From contig CAMMZJ010000002.1 of the NCBI GenBank assembly GCA_946529715.1, forward strand, positions 2,936-66,935: a stretch of 64,000 nucleotides of DNA. Direction: 5' to 3'. The notes beneath the pieces were generated by a model. The model worked only from the letters and a program-made list of their open reading frames with translations, had not been told where the DNA came from and searched no databases. The DNA is from an uncultured Clostridia bacterium (GTDB lineage Bacteria > Bacillota > Clostridia > Saccharofermentanales > Saccharofermentanaceae). Shown here piece by piece: positions 28,092-38,298 of this stretch; the stretch's first letter is position 1; the number at the start of each line of letters is the position of its first letter. A program made the position numbers and the translations under genes.

Positions 28092-28200
28092 TGTTACGAA
28101 AATTTTGCGAACGGGTTTCCGTTCGGTTACAAAAGCCCGAAACACTGTGTTTTGCCCCATTTTGATTGAAATCCCTGTTATAATCTAGATAATCCGAATT

Positions 28201-29508
28201 ATGGGGGTAAGTATATTGTCAGGTAAGATCATTAAGGGAATCTCAATGCTCACGGGTGCGGCAGTTACCGTAACCGTATTTAACTTTGCAAACGTCGGTG
28301 CTTCTGACGATATCTCTCTTCAGAGCCCGGTCAAGCAGATCACCGCGGCCGAACTCCATTCGGTGGAGAACGACCGTCCCGTTTACATTCCTACCAATAT
28401 CCCCGTTAACACAAAAGAGATGAGAAATGAGCAGCTCCTGGAAGACAATACCTTCGTTATAACTTCCGATGATACGGCAGGGTACGGAGAGCTTCTTGAT
28501 GAGTCTCTCTTCACATACGACGGATCCCGCAACTGGATATCTACGTCTTCTGCTAATGTGAGGACAGAACCCAATGTAACTTCCGATATCGTTGTAACCG
28601 CCGACTACGGCACCGAGGTCATAAAGGTCTCCTACGGCTCCACCTGGTCCAAGGTAAAACTCGATGACGGAACCGAAGGATTCGTAATGTCGACCCTTCT
28701 TACTGACGAGGAGATCGTCATTGAAGAGGAGACGGAACCTGAGGAGACTGCCGTAGAGACCGAGACGGAGCCCGATACCACAACTCCCGCTGAGGAGACT
28801 GAGTCAACGGAGGAGACGACGAGCAGCGTTTCAGAAGAAGCCTGCAACGCCACAAGGTATGCTTCCTGTGATCTTAATGTCAGGAGCGGCCCGGGTATTG
28901 ATTATTCCCTGGTGAAGGTCCTTTCCATGGGTGATGAGATCGATGTGGTGGCATTGACCGACAACGGTTGGTATAAGACTGCGGCAGGTAGCTATGTCAA
29001 GGCTGATCTCACCGTGGACGAAGCTCCCTCGCTTCCTTCCGCAACCGTTACCGAGGATGTTGAAGAAGAAGACGACGACGATGAGGATGAGGATACGTCC
29101 ACATCCGTTGAAACGGTTGATACCCCCGAATACGGCGGATCTTCCGATATATCCACATCCGACTTCGGCGACTACTGCATGCAGTTTGTGGGCGTTCCCT
29201 ACGAGTACGGCGGAGCAAGTCCTTCCGGATTCGACTGTTCGGGATTCGTTTCCTACTGTATGGCCAACTACTACGGCGTATCCCTGCCCCACAACGCGGA
29301 CGATATCGCTTATCTGGGAACTGCCGTATCCTTGGATTCCATGCAGCCCGGTGACGTTTTGTGTCACGACTACAACGAGGATGGTTATATCGACCACGTC
29401 AGCCTTTATATCGGTAACGGATACTATATCCACGCATCCGACTCAAGGCAGGGTGTAATAACCACCACCTGGATGAGCAACGTTGCAACGGTAAGGAGAT
29501 TTATCTGA
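28201..29508 (+). CDS. Secreted NlpC/P60 cell-wall hydrolase with two SH3b-like domains and acidic linkers
   Basis: Signal peptide. SH3b-like segments begin NVRTEPNVTSD and LNVRSGPGIDY. Catalytic GFDCSGFVSY and HVSLYIGNGYYIHAS. An extended -10 TGtTATAAT lies at 28176-28184. The start could alternatively be the M at 28246. Confidence 0.85.
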   Translation: MGVSILSGKIIKGISMLTGAAVTVTVFNFANVGASDDISLQSPVKQITAAELHSVENDRPVYIPTNIPVNTKEMRNEQLLEDNTFVITSDDTAGYGELLDESLFTYDGSRNWISTSSANVRTEPNVTSDIVVTADYGTEVIKVSYGSTWSKVKLDDGTEGFVMSTLLTDEEIVIEEETEPEETAVETETEPDTTTPAEETESTEETTSSVSEEACNATRYASCDLNVRSGPGIDYSLVKVLSMGDEIDVVALTDNGWYKTAAGSYVKADLTVDEAPSLPSATVTEDVEEEDDDDEDEDTSTSVETVDTPEYGGSSDISTSDFGDYCMQFVGVPYEYGGASPSGFDCSGFVSYCMANYYGVSLPHNADDIAYLGTAVSLDSMQPGDVLCHDYNEDGYIDHVSLYIGNGYYIHASDSRQGVITTTWMSNVATVRRFI

Positions 29509-30757
29509 CGGCTTCCTTGATCATCTTGACGGTCTCTTCGAAGTTGTTCTCCGACATGTGTTCATTTGCCATATGGCACTGATCCTCCTGCCAGGGAGTC
29601 TGAATTCCGAAGGCAACCGTGTTTCTGATATGTCTTGCATATGTTCCGCCTCCGATAGCCAGGGGGGCGGAATATTTTTTGTCAAAGCCCTCCTCGTATC
29701 CGTCGAAAGAGGCGATATGGGAACGCCAGATGGATGTGAGCTTACGGATCTCGGGCTTATCCTTGTCGAAGCATATGGGAGCCATATGGCTGTCCTCTGC
29801 GACGCGAAGACCGTACTGTTCCGCCATATCCGATAATCTTTCCATGAGAAGATCCTTATCTGCGGTTACGGGATACCGGATGTCCACGATAAGGGAACTC
29901 TCGGTCTCGTCTATCTTAAGTATTCCGAAATTTGCGGTGAGGCTTCCCGATTCATCGGAGTCTATAAGGAGTTCCTTTTCGTCGAAGGCGGCGATAAAGG
30001 GAAGGAGAGGGACCTGCCCGATATCGAATCCCTTAAGTACCAGTTCCTCCGGCAGAGCGTTGATCGCATTGATACCCAGTTCCGGCCTGGAGGCGTGGGC
30101 GGGCTTTCCGTTTACTTTTACTTCTGTTCCCGAGAAGAGTGCCACGGCTCCCGGAGCCACCATGTTGGCGGCACTTCCGCCCTCGGCCTTTATCTTATCC
30201 GTACCGCTTCCCGAGATCTTAACGTGAAGGATACCCTTCTCCGCATATATGACCGGGAACTCCGCATCGGGGGTTATGGCGAAATCGGGGACCTCACCAT
30301 TCTCATCGTAGTATTCCACGCAGGAACAGGTGCGCTCCTCGTCGGTCCCCAGTATCAGTCTGATCCTGTGATCGAGTCCGCCCTCGGATAAGATCTCCCT
30401 CATGGCGAAAAATGAGGCCGCTGCGGGACCCTTGTCGTCGACGATGCCCCTTCCGTACATGTTTCCTTCCCGGAAGGTAAGGGTGAAGGGATCGGTATCC
30501 CATCCGTCTCCTGCGGGGACCACATCCAGGTGGCAGACTATACCGATAAGCCGTTCTCCGCTTCCGATCTCCGCCCAGCCCACACGGTCGTCCAGTACTC
30601 CAGTACGGAATCCGCAAGCCTCGGCTTCCTTGAGAAAGAAATCGAGAGCAGCCCTGGGAGCATTTCCGTAGGGAGCGCCCTCCGAGGGTTCGCCTCCCAC
30701 GCTCTTTATACTGATCAATCTTGTAAGAAAATCCTTCTGATATGCTGTAAGTGACAT
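29501..30757 (-). CDS. M20-family dipeptidase (PepV/Sapep-like)
   Basis: HLDVVPAGDGWDTDPF, GRGIVDDKGP and GTDEE. Start set at MSLTAYQ (30757), preceded by GGAGG. The 96 upstream codons in the ORF track run through the rpsB promoter and start, so they were discarded. Confidence 0.82.
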   Translation of the reverse strand: MSLTAYQKDFLTRLISIKSVGGEPSEGAPYGNAPRAALDFFLKEAEACGFRTGVLDDRVGWAEIGSGERLIGIVCHLDVVPAGDGWDTDPFTLTFREGNMYGRGIVDDKGPAAASFFAMREILSEGGLDHRIRLILGTDEERTCSCVEYYDENGEVPDFAITPDAEFPVIYAEKGILHVKISGSGTDKIKAEGGSAANMVAPGAVALFSGTEVKVNGKPAHASRPELGINAINALPEELVLKGFDIGQVPLLPFIAAFDEKELLIDSDESGSLTANFGILKIDETESSLIVDIRYPVTADKDLLMERLSDMAEQYGLRVAEDSHMAPICFDKDKPEIRKLTSIWRSHIASFDGYEEGFDKKYSAPLAIGGGTYARHIRNTVAFGIQTPWQEDQCHMANEHMSENNFEETVKMIKEAVR

Positions 30758-30851
30758 AATGCCTCCGGTTTTTTCTTTGATTATACACTTCTTTGATATT
30801 GGGGTTGCTTGAAATAACCTTATCTGATAATATATTCGAGCATAAAAAACA

Positions 30852-30893
30852 TGAGGCGGATATTTTTCCTGTGCAAAGCGCATTCCCGCCTCA
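30852..30893 (+). promoter_or_regulatory. Stem-loop in the rpsB 5' leader
   Basis: TGAGGCGG (30852-30859) pairs with CCGCCTCA (30886-30893). It lies between the candidate promoter (TTGCTT-17-TAATAT) and the RBS AAGGAGGA. Confidence 0.45.
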
Positions 30894-30923
30894 GAAGAAA
30901 TTAAACAAGGAGGAATATTTTTT

Positions 30924-31715
30924 ATGCCAGTTATTCTTATGAAGCAGCTCCTCGAGGCAGGTGTACATTTCGGACACCAGACAAGAAGATGGAACCCCAA
31001 GATGAAGGAATACATCTTCACGGAGCGTAACACCATCCACATCATCGATCTTCAGAAGACAGTCAAGAAAGTCGACGAGGCTTACGAGGCCATGAAGGAA
31101 CTCGCTGCTACAGGCGATATCCTTTTCGTTGGTACAAAGAAGCAGGCTCAGGAGTCCATCAAGGAAGAGGCTGAGAGATGCGGTCAGTACTATGTCAATA
31201 ATCGTTGGCTCGGCGGTACTCTTACAAACTTCAAGACGATCAAGACAAGAGTTTCCAGACTTCTTGAGCTCCGTGCAATGGAGACAGACGGAACATTCGA
31301 CGTACTTCCCAAGAAGGAAGTTGCCAGACTTAAGCTCGAGCAGGAGAAGCTTGAGAAGAACCTCGGCGGTATCGTAGGAATGAAGAAGCTCCCTGCAGCT
31401 CTTTTCGTTGTTGACACAAAGAAGGAGCACCTTGCAGTTGCAGAGGCAAGAAGACTTAACATCCCCATCATCGCCATCGTTGATACAAACTGCGATCCCG
31501 ATGAGGTTGATTACGTAATCCCCGGTAACGACGACGCTATCCGTGCCGTTAAGCTCATCGCAGGTAAGATGGCTGATGCCGTTATCGAAGTAAACCAGGG
31601 CGAGTCCTTCTACGAGGAGCAGGCCGAGGGTGAAGAGGCTGCTGCAGTTGCAGAGCCCGAGAGCATTGAAGAAGTTGTTGCCGCAGAGGAAGAGTCTGCT
31701 GCAGCAGAAGAGTGA
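30924..31715 (+). CDS. rpsB: 30S ribosomal protein S2
   Basis: [19 protein letters not shown]. Acidic C-terminal tail. Strongly biased codon usage. Confidence 0.97.
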   Translation: MPVILMKQLLEAGVHFGHQTRRWNPKMKEYIFTERNTIHIIDLQKTVKKVDEAYEAMKELAATGDILFVGTKKQAQESIKEEAERCGQYYVNNRWLGGTLTNFKTIKTRVSRLLELRAMETDGTFDVLPKKEVARLKLEQEKLEKNLGGIVGMKKLPAALFVVDTKKEHLAVAEARRLNIPIIAIVDTNCDPDEVDYVIPGNDDAIRAVKLIAGKMADAVIEVNQGESFYEEQAEGEEAAAVAEPESIEEVVAAEEESAAAEE

Positions 31716-31732
31716 TATAAGGAGAATTGAAT

Positions 31733-32668
31733 ATGGCTATTACAGCACAGCAGGTTAAAGAACTTCGTGAACTTACGGATTGCGGTATCATGGACTGCAA
31801 GAAGGCTCTTACGGAGGCTGACGGCGATATCGAGAAGGCTAAGGCTTGGCTTCGTGAGAAGGGTATGGCTAAGGCTGAGAAGAAGTCCACAAGAGTTGCT
31901 GCAGAGGGTGCAGTTGCTGCCTTCATCTCTGATGACGGAAAGACAGGTTCCCTTGTCGAGGTCAACGTTGAGACTGACTTCGCTGCTAACACAGACAAGT
32001 TCAAGAACTTCGTGAAAGAGGTCGGAGCTCAGATCATGGCTACAAAGCCCGCTGACATCGAGGCTCTTAAGGCTTCCGCAATGTATAACGATGCAAGCAA
32101 GACAGTTGAGATCTTCACAAAGGAAGCCATCGCAGATATCAGCGAGAACGTTTCCATCAGAAGATTCGCTACTTATGAGGCTGCCAACGGTGCAGTTTCA
32201 TCCTACATCCACGCAGGCGGTAAGGTCGGCGTTCTCGTTGAGTTCGCTCTCGGTGATGCTTCCGTAGCTTCCTCTGAGGCTTTCAAGACTCTTGCAAAGA
32301 ACATCGGCATGCAGATCGCAGCTTCTGCTCCTTCCTGGGTAGCAGAGTCTGACGTTCCCCAGTCCGAGATCGACAAGGAAGTTGAGATCATCACAAATAA
32401 GGCTCTCGAAGAGGGTAAGCCCGAGAAGATCATCGCTGACAGGATCGTTCCCGGTCAGATCAAGAACTTCTACAAGATCAACGTTCTTGAGGCTCAGGAG
32501 TACGTTAAGGATGATTCCCTTACTGTTTCCCAGTACATCGCATCCGCAGCTAAGGAGCTTGGCACAGAGGTTTCCGTTGTCAGGTTCACAAACTATAAGC
32601 TCGGTGAGGGTATCGAGAAGAAGGAAGACGACTTCGCTGCAGAGGTTATGAAGCAGGCAGGTCTCTGA
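31733..32668 (+). CDS. tsf: Elongation factor Ts
   Basis: MAITAQQVKELRELTDCGIMDCKKAL. ATG at 31733 lies 7 nt after AAGGAGA; the ORF-track start at 31727 is a TTG. Confidence 0.95.
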   Translation: MAITAQQVKELRELTDCGIMDCKKALTEADGDIEKAKAWLREKGMAKAEKKSTRVAAEGAVAAFISDDGKTGSLVEVNVETDFAANTDKFKNFVKEVGAQIMATKPADIEALKASAMYNDASKTVEIFTKEAIADISENVSIRRFATYEAANGAVSSYIHAGGKVGVLVEFALGDASVASSEAFKTLAKNIGMQIAASAPSWVAESDVPQSEIDKEVEIITNKALEEGKPEKIIADRIVPGQIKNFYKINVLEAQEYVKDDSLTVSQYIASAAKELGTEVSVVRFTNYKLGEGIEKKEDDFAAEVMKQAGL

Positions 32669-32690
32669 TCCGAATAAAGCTTAACAATAT

Positions 32691-32722
32691 GGAGCTGTCC
32701 TTAGGGGCGGCTCCTTTTTGTT
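32691..32722 (+). terminator. Rho-independent terminator after tsf
   Basis: GGAGCTGTCC, TTAG loop, GGGCGGCTCC, then TTTTTGTTT. Confidence 0.75.
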
Positions 32723-32796
32723 TCTCATAAAAGTACTTTATTAAAAGCTGAATTACAGATAAAATAAATAAGGAAATTATGGCGGAGGTATTTTAA

Positions 32797-33504
32797 ATGT
32801 CGGATATCAAGTATAAGAGGATCCTTCTCAAGCTTTCCGGTGAAGCCCTTGCAGGGGATAAGAAGGTCGGAATTGATGATGCGATCGTTGCGGAGATCAC
32901 GGGAAAGATCAAGGAAGTTGCAGATCTGGGTGTTGAAGTCGGCGTAGTGGTCGGCGGAGGAAACTTCTGGAGAGGAAGATCATCCGAGAAGATGGACAGG
33001 GTAACGGCAGACCATATGGGAATGCTTGCCACCATGATGAACGCCCTCGCATTGTCGGATGCCCTGGAGCAGCACGGAGCCGTTACAAGGGTGCTCTCCG
33101 CAATAGAGATCAGACAGATGGCTGAGCCCTACATCAGGAAGAGGGCCTTAAGGCACCTGGAGAAGGGCAGGATCGTTATTTTCGCCTGCGGTACGGGTAA
33201 CCCCTATTTCTCCACGGATACGGGTGCGGCGCTCCGTGCAACGGAGATAAATGCCGATGTATTCATGAAGGCTACCATGGTCGACGGCGTATACGATAAG
33301 GACCCCAACGTTTATCCCGATGCGGTCAGATATGAGAAGGTCACCCACGATGAGGTGCTCAAGTCCAACCTTAAGGTTATGGACGCCACGGCTGCAGCCC
33401 TTTGCCGCGACAATAAGACTAAGATACTCGTCTTCTCCATGAAGGACCCCGACAATATCGTCAGGATCGTCAAGGGAGAGAATCTCGGAACACTTGTAGA
33501 ATAA
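32797..33504 (+). CDS. pyrH: UMP kinase
   Basis: [11 protein letters not shown] and [10 protein letters not shown]. 235 aa. Confidence 0.95.
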   Translation: MSDIKYKRILLKLSGEALAGDKKVGIDDAIVAEITGKIKEVADLGVEVGVVVGGGNFWRGRSSEKMDRVTADHMGMLATMMNALALSDALEQHGAVTRVLSAIEIRQMAEPYIRKRALRHLEKGRIVIFACGTGNPYFSTDTGAALRATEINADVFMKATMVDGVYDKDPNVYPDAVRYEKVTHDEVLKSNLKVMDATAAALCRDNKTKILVFSMKDPDNIVRIVKGENLGTLVE

Positions 33505-33505
33505 A

Positions 33506-34087
33506 ATGGAGGACATGAAAATGATCGAGATCACAAAAGCAGATTACGACAAGATCGAAGACAAGATGAAGAAATGCATCGAGAATCTTCAGGAGAACCT
33601 TAATGCCATCAGAGCAGGAAGAGCTAATCCCCATGTACTGGATAAGATCAAGGTCGACTACTACGGAGCACCCTCTCCCTTGAATGCGGTCGCTAATATT
33701 CAGGTCCCCGAGGCCCGTATGATCACCCTGACACCCTGGGATCCCTCCATGCTCAAGGAGATCGAGAAGGCTATCCAGTCTTCTGACCTGGGCATCACAC
33801 CCACCAACGACGGTAAGATCATCAGACTCGTTTTCCCCATCCTCACGGAGGACAGGAGAAAGGATCTCGTAAAGCAGGTCAAGACATACGGTGAAGAGTG
33901 CAAGGTCGTTATCCGTAACGTCAGAAGAGAGGCCATCGATAAGATGCGCTCCGCCAACAAGAAGAAGGAACTCACCGACGATTCCCTTAAGGAATACGAG
34001 GAGAAGATCCAGAAGATAACGGATAAGTTCACCAAGGACGTTGATTCCACTTGCGATAATAAAGAGAAGGAATTGATGGAAATCTGA
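33506..34087 (+). CDS. frr: Ribosome recycling factor
   Basis: IRAGRANPHVLD and PEARMITLTPWD. The start may be one of the downstream Mets (33515 or 33521), which are better spaced from GGAGGA. Confidence 0.92.
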   Translation: MEDMKMIEITKADYDKIEDKMKKCIENLQENLNAIRAGRANPHVLDKIKVDYYGAPSPLNAVANIQVPEARMITLTPWDPSMLKEIEKAIQSSDLGITPTNDGKIIRLVFPILTEDRRKDLVKQVKTYGEECKVVIRNVRREAIDKMRSANKKKELTDDSLKEYEEKIQKITDKFTKDVDSTCDNKEKELMEI

Positions 34088-34090
34088 TAA

Positions 34091-34852
34091 ATGGCTATTA
34101 TCCCTTCAAACAAAAAGACTTTTGATACGACAGGGCTCCGTGTACCGGAGTCCCTGGGCGTTATTATGGACGGCAACGGCAGATGGGCTAAGAAGAGGTT
34201 CCTGCCCAGGAGTGCCGGACACCGCGCAGGTGCGGATAACCTTAAGGAACTCTGCAGGAACTGCGGTAATTACGGAGTAAAGTATCTCACCGTATACGCT
34301 TTTTCCACCGAGAACTGGTCAAGGCCCGATGATGAAGTCCATCAGTTGATGGAACTCTTCGTGGAATTCTTCGACAAGTACGATAAGGAGATGGAGCAGG
34401 AAGGTATAAGGCTGAGATTCTCCGGCGACCTTTCCGGACTTCCCGAGAACGTCAGAGAGGTCTGCAAGAGAGGCGAGGAGAGATCCAAGGACAGGACCAG
34501 GATGACCCTTATCGTCGCCCTTAACTACGGCGGCAGGAGGGAGATCGAATACTCCATGAGGAAGATCGCGGAGAAGGTCAAGGCGGGGGAGATAGAGCCC
34601 TCCGACATTACGGAGCAGATGATCTCCGATAATCTCTATCTTCCCGATGTCCCGGATCCCGAGCTCATCATAAGGCCCAGCGGCGAGATGAGATTGTCGA
34701 ACTTCCTCCTTTGGGAGTCCGCCTATTCCGAATTCTGGGTGTCGGAGACGCTCTGGCCCGACTTCGGATACGAAGAACTTACCAGGGCCTTTGCCGACTA
34801 TGCAAAAAGAGACCGTCGCTTCGGCGGTCTGAGTAAGGAAGAAAAGAAATGA
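34091..34852 (+). CDS. uppS: Undecaprenyl diphosphate synthase
   Basis: GVIMDGNGRWA and RPSGEMRLSNFLLWE. Confidence 0.95.
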   Translation: MAIIPSNKKTFDTTGLRVPESLGVIMDGNGRWAKKRFLPRSAGHRAGADNLKELCRNCGNYGVKYLTVYAFSTENWSRPDDEVHQLMELFVEFFDKYDKEMEQEGIRLRFSGDLSGLPENVREVCKRGEERSKDRTRMTLIVALNYGGRREIEYSMRKIAEKVKAGEIEPSDITEQMISDNLYLPDVPDPELIIRPSGEMRLSNFLLWESAYSEFWVSETLWPDFGYEELTRAFADYAKRDRRFGGLSKEEKK

Positions 34853-35721
34853 GACAGCGCATTATAACGGGCGTTATCTTTACGATACTGGTGGCGGCAT
34901 TTGTTATACCGTCCTACTGGTTCCCTTTCTTTATCCTCCTGTTCGCTCTTATCGTGGGAGCTCTTTCCACCAGGGAACTCGTCAGTGCGGTCAAGCAGGG
35001 AGGGATGGAGCCCTCGGTGCCCCTGATCGTCATCGGATGCATCATACCGATGCTGATCCTGGTGATCTCCTATTTCATGAAGATACAGATGACGACGGCA
35101 CTTTGCTACTATCTTCTGATAGAACTGCTCTATGCCTTTGCGGTGGCGGTGCTTCCCTCCGTCACGAGAAACGACGGGAAGATGTACCTTCACGACGGTC
35201 TTATTACGTCGGCCATAATCATCTACGTAACATTCCCCCTTTACTGTCTCTGTGCAGTATCCGTCTTCCCCGAGAACGGATGGTTCTATCTGATCCCGGC
35301 CCTCTTTGCATGCTGGGTATCTGACACCTGTGCATACTTTTCCGGGGTGACGCTGGGTAAACATAAGATAGTCCCCCACATAAGTCCCAAGAAGACCTGG
35401 GAGGGCTGTATCGGCGGAGCGCTGGGATGCGCCCTTGCCGTTATGATCTACTTTGATCTTATCATCTACAGGCTCGACGACTTTAATACGAATATCTTCG
35501 TTTTCTCGATCCTTTCATTCGGTCTCGGACTCATAATGTCCGTGATGTCCCAACTTGGAGACTGGGTGGCATCCCTCATCAAGAGAAGGGTGGGGATCAA
35601 GGATTTCGGCAATCTGTTCCCGGGACACGGAGGTATCATGGACAGGTTCGACAGCGCATTCTTCACCATTCCTTCCGGAGTGCTCCTTGCGCTCATCGCC
35701 GAGCTCTTTATCAATCATTAA
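34849..35721 (+). CDS. cdsA: Phosphatidate cytidylyltransferase
   Basis: Polytopic membrane protein. C-terminal signature SLIKRRVGIKDFGNLFPGHGGIMDRFDS. Confidence 0.92.
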   Translation: MRQRIITGVIFTILVAAFVIPSYWFPFFILLFALIVGALSTRELVSAVKQGGMEPSVPLIVIGCIIPMLILVISYFMKIQMTTALCYYLLIELLYAFAVAVLPSVTRNDGKMYLHDGLITSAIIIYVTFPLYCLCAVSVFPENGWFYLIPALFACWVSDTCAYFSGVTLGKHKIVPHISPKKTWEGCIGGALGCALAVMIYFDLIIYRLDDFNTNIFVFSILSFGLGLIMSVMSQLGDWVASLIKRRVGIKDFGNLFPGHGGIMDRFDSAFFTIPSGVLLALIAELFINH

Positions 35722-35738
35722 GGAAAGCGTATCAATAA

Positions 35739-36926
35739 ATGAGAAGGATCTTATCGGTCTTAGGTTCAACAGGTTCCATCGGAACACAGACTCTTGAAGT
35801 CGTCAGGAATAACCCTTCGGATTTTGCCGTTGAGGGCCTTTCCTGCGGCAGCGATATAGATAAGCTCTATGAGCAGATCTTGGAATTCAAACCCTCCGTG
35901 GCATCAGTCTACGACGAGAAGAAGGCCATGGAGCTCCGGGAAAGGCTTAAGCTTACCCGCCCCGATATCAGTACGGAGATCCTTCCCGGTGAAGAGGGAG
36001 TCATCGCGGTCGCCACGGCCGATAAGGCCGATACGGTGGTGGGAGCCATCGTGGGTGTCGCCGGATTAAAGCCCACCGTCCGCGCCATCGAGAAGGGCAA
36101 GGACATTGCCCTGGCAAATAAGGAGACCCTTGTGGCGGGGGGCGATATCGTTATGCCTCTGGCAAGGGAAAAAGGAATATCACTTCTTCCCGTGGACAGT
36201 GAGCACTGTGCCATTTGGCAGTGCCTCTGGGGAGAGAAGCCCGAGGATCTGGACAGGATCCTCATCACGGCATCGGGGGGCCCTTTCAGGGGACGCTCAA
36301 GGGATTCCCTGGAGAATGTATCCGTTGAGGATGCCTTGTCCCATCCCACATGGAAGATGGGTGGCAAGATCACCATCGATTCCGCCACCATGATGAACAA
36401 GGGCCTTGAGGTCATCGAGGCAAGACATCTTTTCGGCGTGGGTGTGGACCGCGTTGACGTGGTCGTTCACCCCCAGAGCGTCATCCATTCCATGATCAGG
36501 ATGAAGGACGGCTCGGTCCTGGCCCAGATGGGTAAACCCAGCATGATCCTTCCCATAATGGTGGCACTCTACTATCCTGACAGGGGAAACCGTCTCCTTG
36601 AGCGGTTCGACCCCTTCGATCCCAAGTGCTGCAACCTTACCTTCGAAAAGTGTGATACCCGGGTCTTCAGGCTCCTGGATATTGCCTACGATGCAGGCAG
36701 GGCCGGAGGAATACTTCCGACGGTAATGAATGCCGCCAACGAGATAGCGGTGTTCAGATTCCTCAAGGGCGGTATGGGATTCCTTGACATAGAAAGGACC
36801 GTGGATCATGTCTATAACGCCTTTAAGGGCAGGAATACCGACACGGATCTGTCCTTGGATCTTATACTCGATGCAGACAGGGAAGCCAGAATAATGGCAA
36901 AGGAATATTTAAGTAAATGGGAATAA
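35739..36926 (+). CDS. dxr: 1-deoxy-D-xylulose 5-phosphate reductoisomerase
   Basis: LGSTGSIGTQTL, LANKETLV, VDSEH and NKGLEVIEA. Confidence 0.95.
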   Translation: MRRILSVLGSTGSIGTQTLEVVRNNPSDFAVEGLSCGSDIDKLYEQILEFKPSVASVYDEKKAMELRERLKLTRPDISTEILPGEEGVIAVATADKADTVVGAIVGVAGLKPTVRAIEKGKDIALANKETLVAGGDIVMPLAREKGISLLPVDSEHCAIWQCLWGEKPEDLDRILITASGGPFRGRSRDSLENVSVEDALSHPTWKMGGKITIDSATMMNKGLEVIEARHLFGVGVDRVDVVVHPQSVIHSMIRMKDGSVLAQMGKPSMILPIMVALYYPDRGNRLLERFDPFDPKCCNLTFEKCDTRVFRLLDIAYDAGRAGGILPTVMNAANEIAVFRFLKGGMGFLDIERTVDHVYNAFKGRNTDTDLSLDLILDADREARIMAKEYLSKWE

Positions 36927-38278
36927 GTTTGTGGAGCATCCTGGCCGCTATACTTATCCTCGGCCTCCTTGTAACGATACATGAATTCGGACACTATATT
37001 GTCGCGAGACTTCTTAAGATAAGGGTATACGAGCTCTCGATCTTTGTGGGACCGGTCCTTTTCTCCTGGAGAAAGAACGATATCGATTATTCCATCAGGG
37101 CATTCCCCTTCGGTGCCTATGTAAGGTTCTCCGACGTGGATGAGGAGGGAAATATGCTGGATCAGGATGATCCCGCGCTCCTTTGCAACCAGAAGAGGTG
37201 GAAGGCGTTCCTCACCGCCATGGCGGGACCATTTATGAACCTTGTCCTGGGAGTTCTCATTTTCACGTGTATATTCTGCTATATAGGCGTTACCACCACC
37301 AGGCTCACCATACCTCCGGGATATTCCCAGTACTGGTATTATCTTCAGGAGTCGGGAAACATCAATATCGGAGATGAGGTGCTTGCCGTAAACGGTTCTA
37401 AGGTCTACACCTTCATCGATATGGATTTCACCATCAACGAGAGGATCTCCAAGGTGAAGCCCGCTACGCTTACCATGAGATCCCGGGAGACGGGGGAGAT
37501 CTACGATTTCACCCTGGAACCCATAGTGGATCAGAAACCCATGATCGGCATCACCCACTACGATTTTATCGACGGGAAATACGGCGGTTGGGAAGTTATC
37601 TCGGTAAATAAAGATCAAAACGGGGGAGATCCCGTATTACGCGAGGGGGATTACCTGGTTTCCGTCGGAGGCGTTCCCGTATCCGATGAGGGATTCGATG
37701 AGTTCTTCGATCACTACCGGGAAGGCGACATAATGGAGCTGGGATTCTACCGTAACGGAGAATACCTTGAGAAGGACTGTGTCTGTACTGTCATTACCGT
37801 GACAAATGACAGGGGCATCTACGGCAGGGGTTATATCGTTAATTCCCCGGAGACGTTCCTGGAGGCGTTTAAGGTCTCCTTAAAGATGCCCGCATCCATC
37901 GGCAAGATGATCGTGGGAGCCGTGGCCAATGTCTTTAAGGGAGAGGAAAAGGTCTACAATATGTTGGCGGGCCCCGTGGGAGTTACCGCCGCCGTTTCCG
38001 AATATGTGGATGACGTGGACGATTCGGTCGGCGAGAAGATCTTTAATCTGGTGGTGCTCTGCGCCCAGATATCCATTCTCCTGGTCTATTCCAATATGAT
38101 GCCCCTTCCGGGTCTTGACGGTATGCAGGTGCTCATAATCTTATACGAGACCGTGTCGGGAAGGAAACTTTCCAAGAAGACCGAGGGGATATTGACGGTC
38201 GTCGGATTCTGCATAGTGCTTTTACTTGTGGTTTTGGCACTTGTGTCGGATATAATAAGGATTGTAGTTACGTATTAA
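36917..38278 (+). CDS. rseP: RIP metalloprotease RseP/RasP (M50 with PDZ domains)
   Basis: HEFGHY in TM1. A central PDZ-like region. NMMPLPGLDG near the C-terminus. Confidence 0.88.
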   Translation: MGISLWSILAAILILGLLVTIHEFGHYIVARLLKIRVYELSIFVGPVLFSWRKNDIDYSIRAFPFGAYVRFSDVDEEGNMLDQDDPALLCNQKRWKAFLTAMAGPFMNLVLGVLIFTCIFCYIGVTTTRLTIPPGYSQYWYYLQESGNINIGDEVLAVNGSKVYTFIDMDFTINERISKVKPATLTMRSRETGEIYDFTLEPIVDQKPMIGITHYDFIDGKYGGWEVISVNKDQNGGDPVLREGDYLVSVGGVPVSDEGFDEFFDHYREGDIMELGFYRNGEYLEKDCVCTVITVTNDRGIYGRGYIVNSPETFLEAFKVSLKMPASIGKMIVGAVANVFKGEEKVYNMLAGPVGVTAAVSEYVDDVDDSVGEKIFNLVVLCAQISILLVYSNMMPLPGLDGMQVLIILYETVSGRKLSKKTEGILTVVGFCIVLLLVVLALVSDIIRIVVTY

Positions 38279-38298
38279 ATCATTGGAGGATTGCAGAT

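Noticed and set aside
28092-28200. A cyclic-di-AMP (ydaO-type) riboswitch upstream of the NlpC/P60 hydrolase gene.
   Set aside because: Only about 110 nt are available, most of it upstream of the extended -10 promoter, so the transcribed leader is about 10-55 nt. That is far too short for the pseudo-symmetric ydaO fold, and no ACGGGGA-type conserved cores were seen.
28593-28601. A TTGTAACCG 9-mer inside the NlpC/P60 coding sequence, considered as another copy of the intergenic box.
   Set aside because: A 9-mer is expected about 0.5 times by chance in this window. It lies in coding sequence (VVTAD) with no second repeat unit.
30758-31045. N-terminal extension of the M20 peptidase ORF (the ORF track gives 514 aa from 31045), which overlaps the rpsB start.
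   Set aside because: The extension runs through the rpsB promoter, leader and first 40 codons and has no RBS. A GGAGG-preceded ATG at 30757 gives MSLTAYQ, a normal M20 N-terminus.
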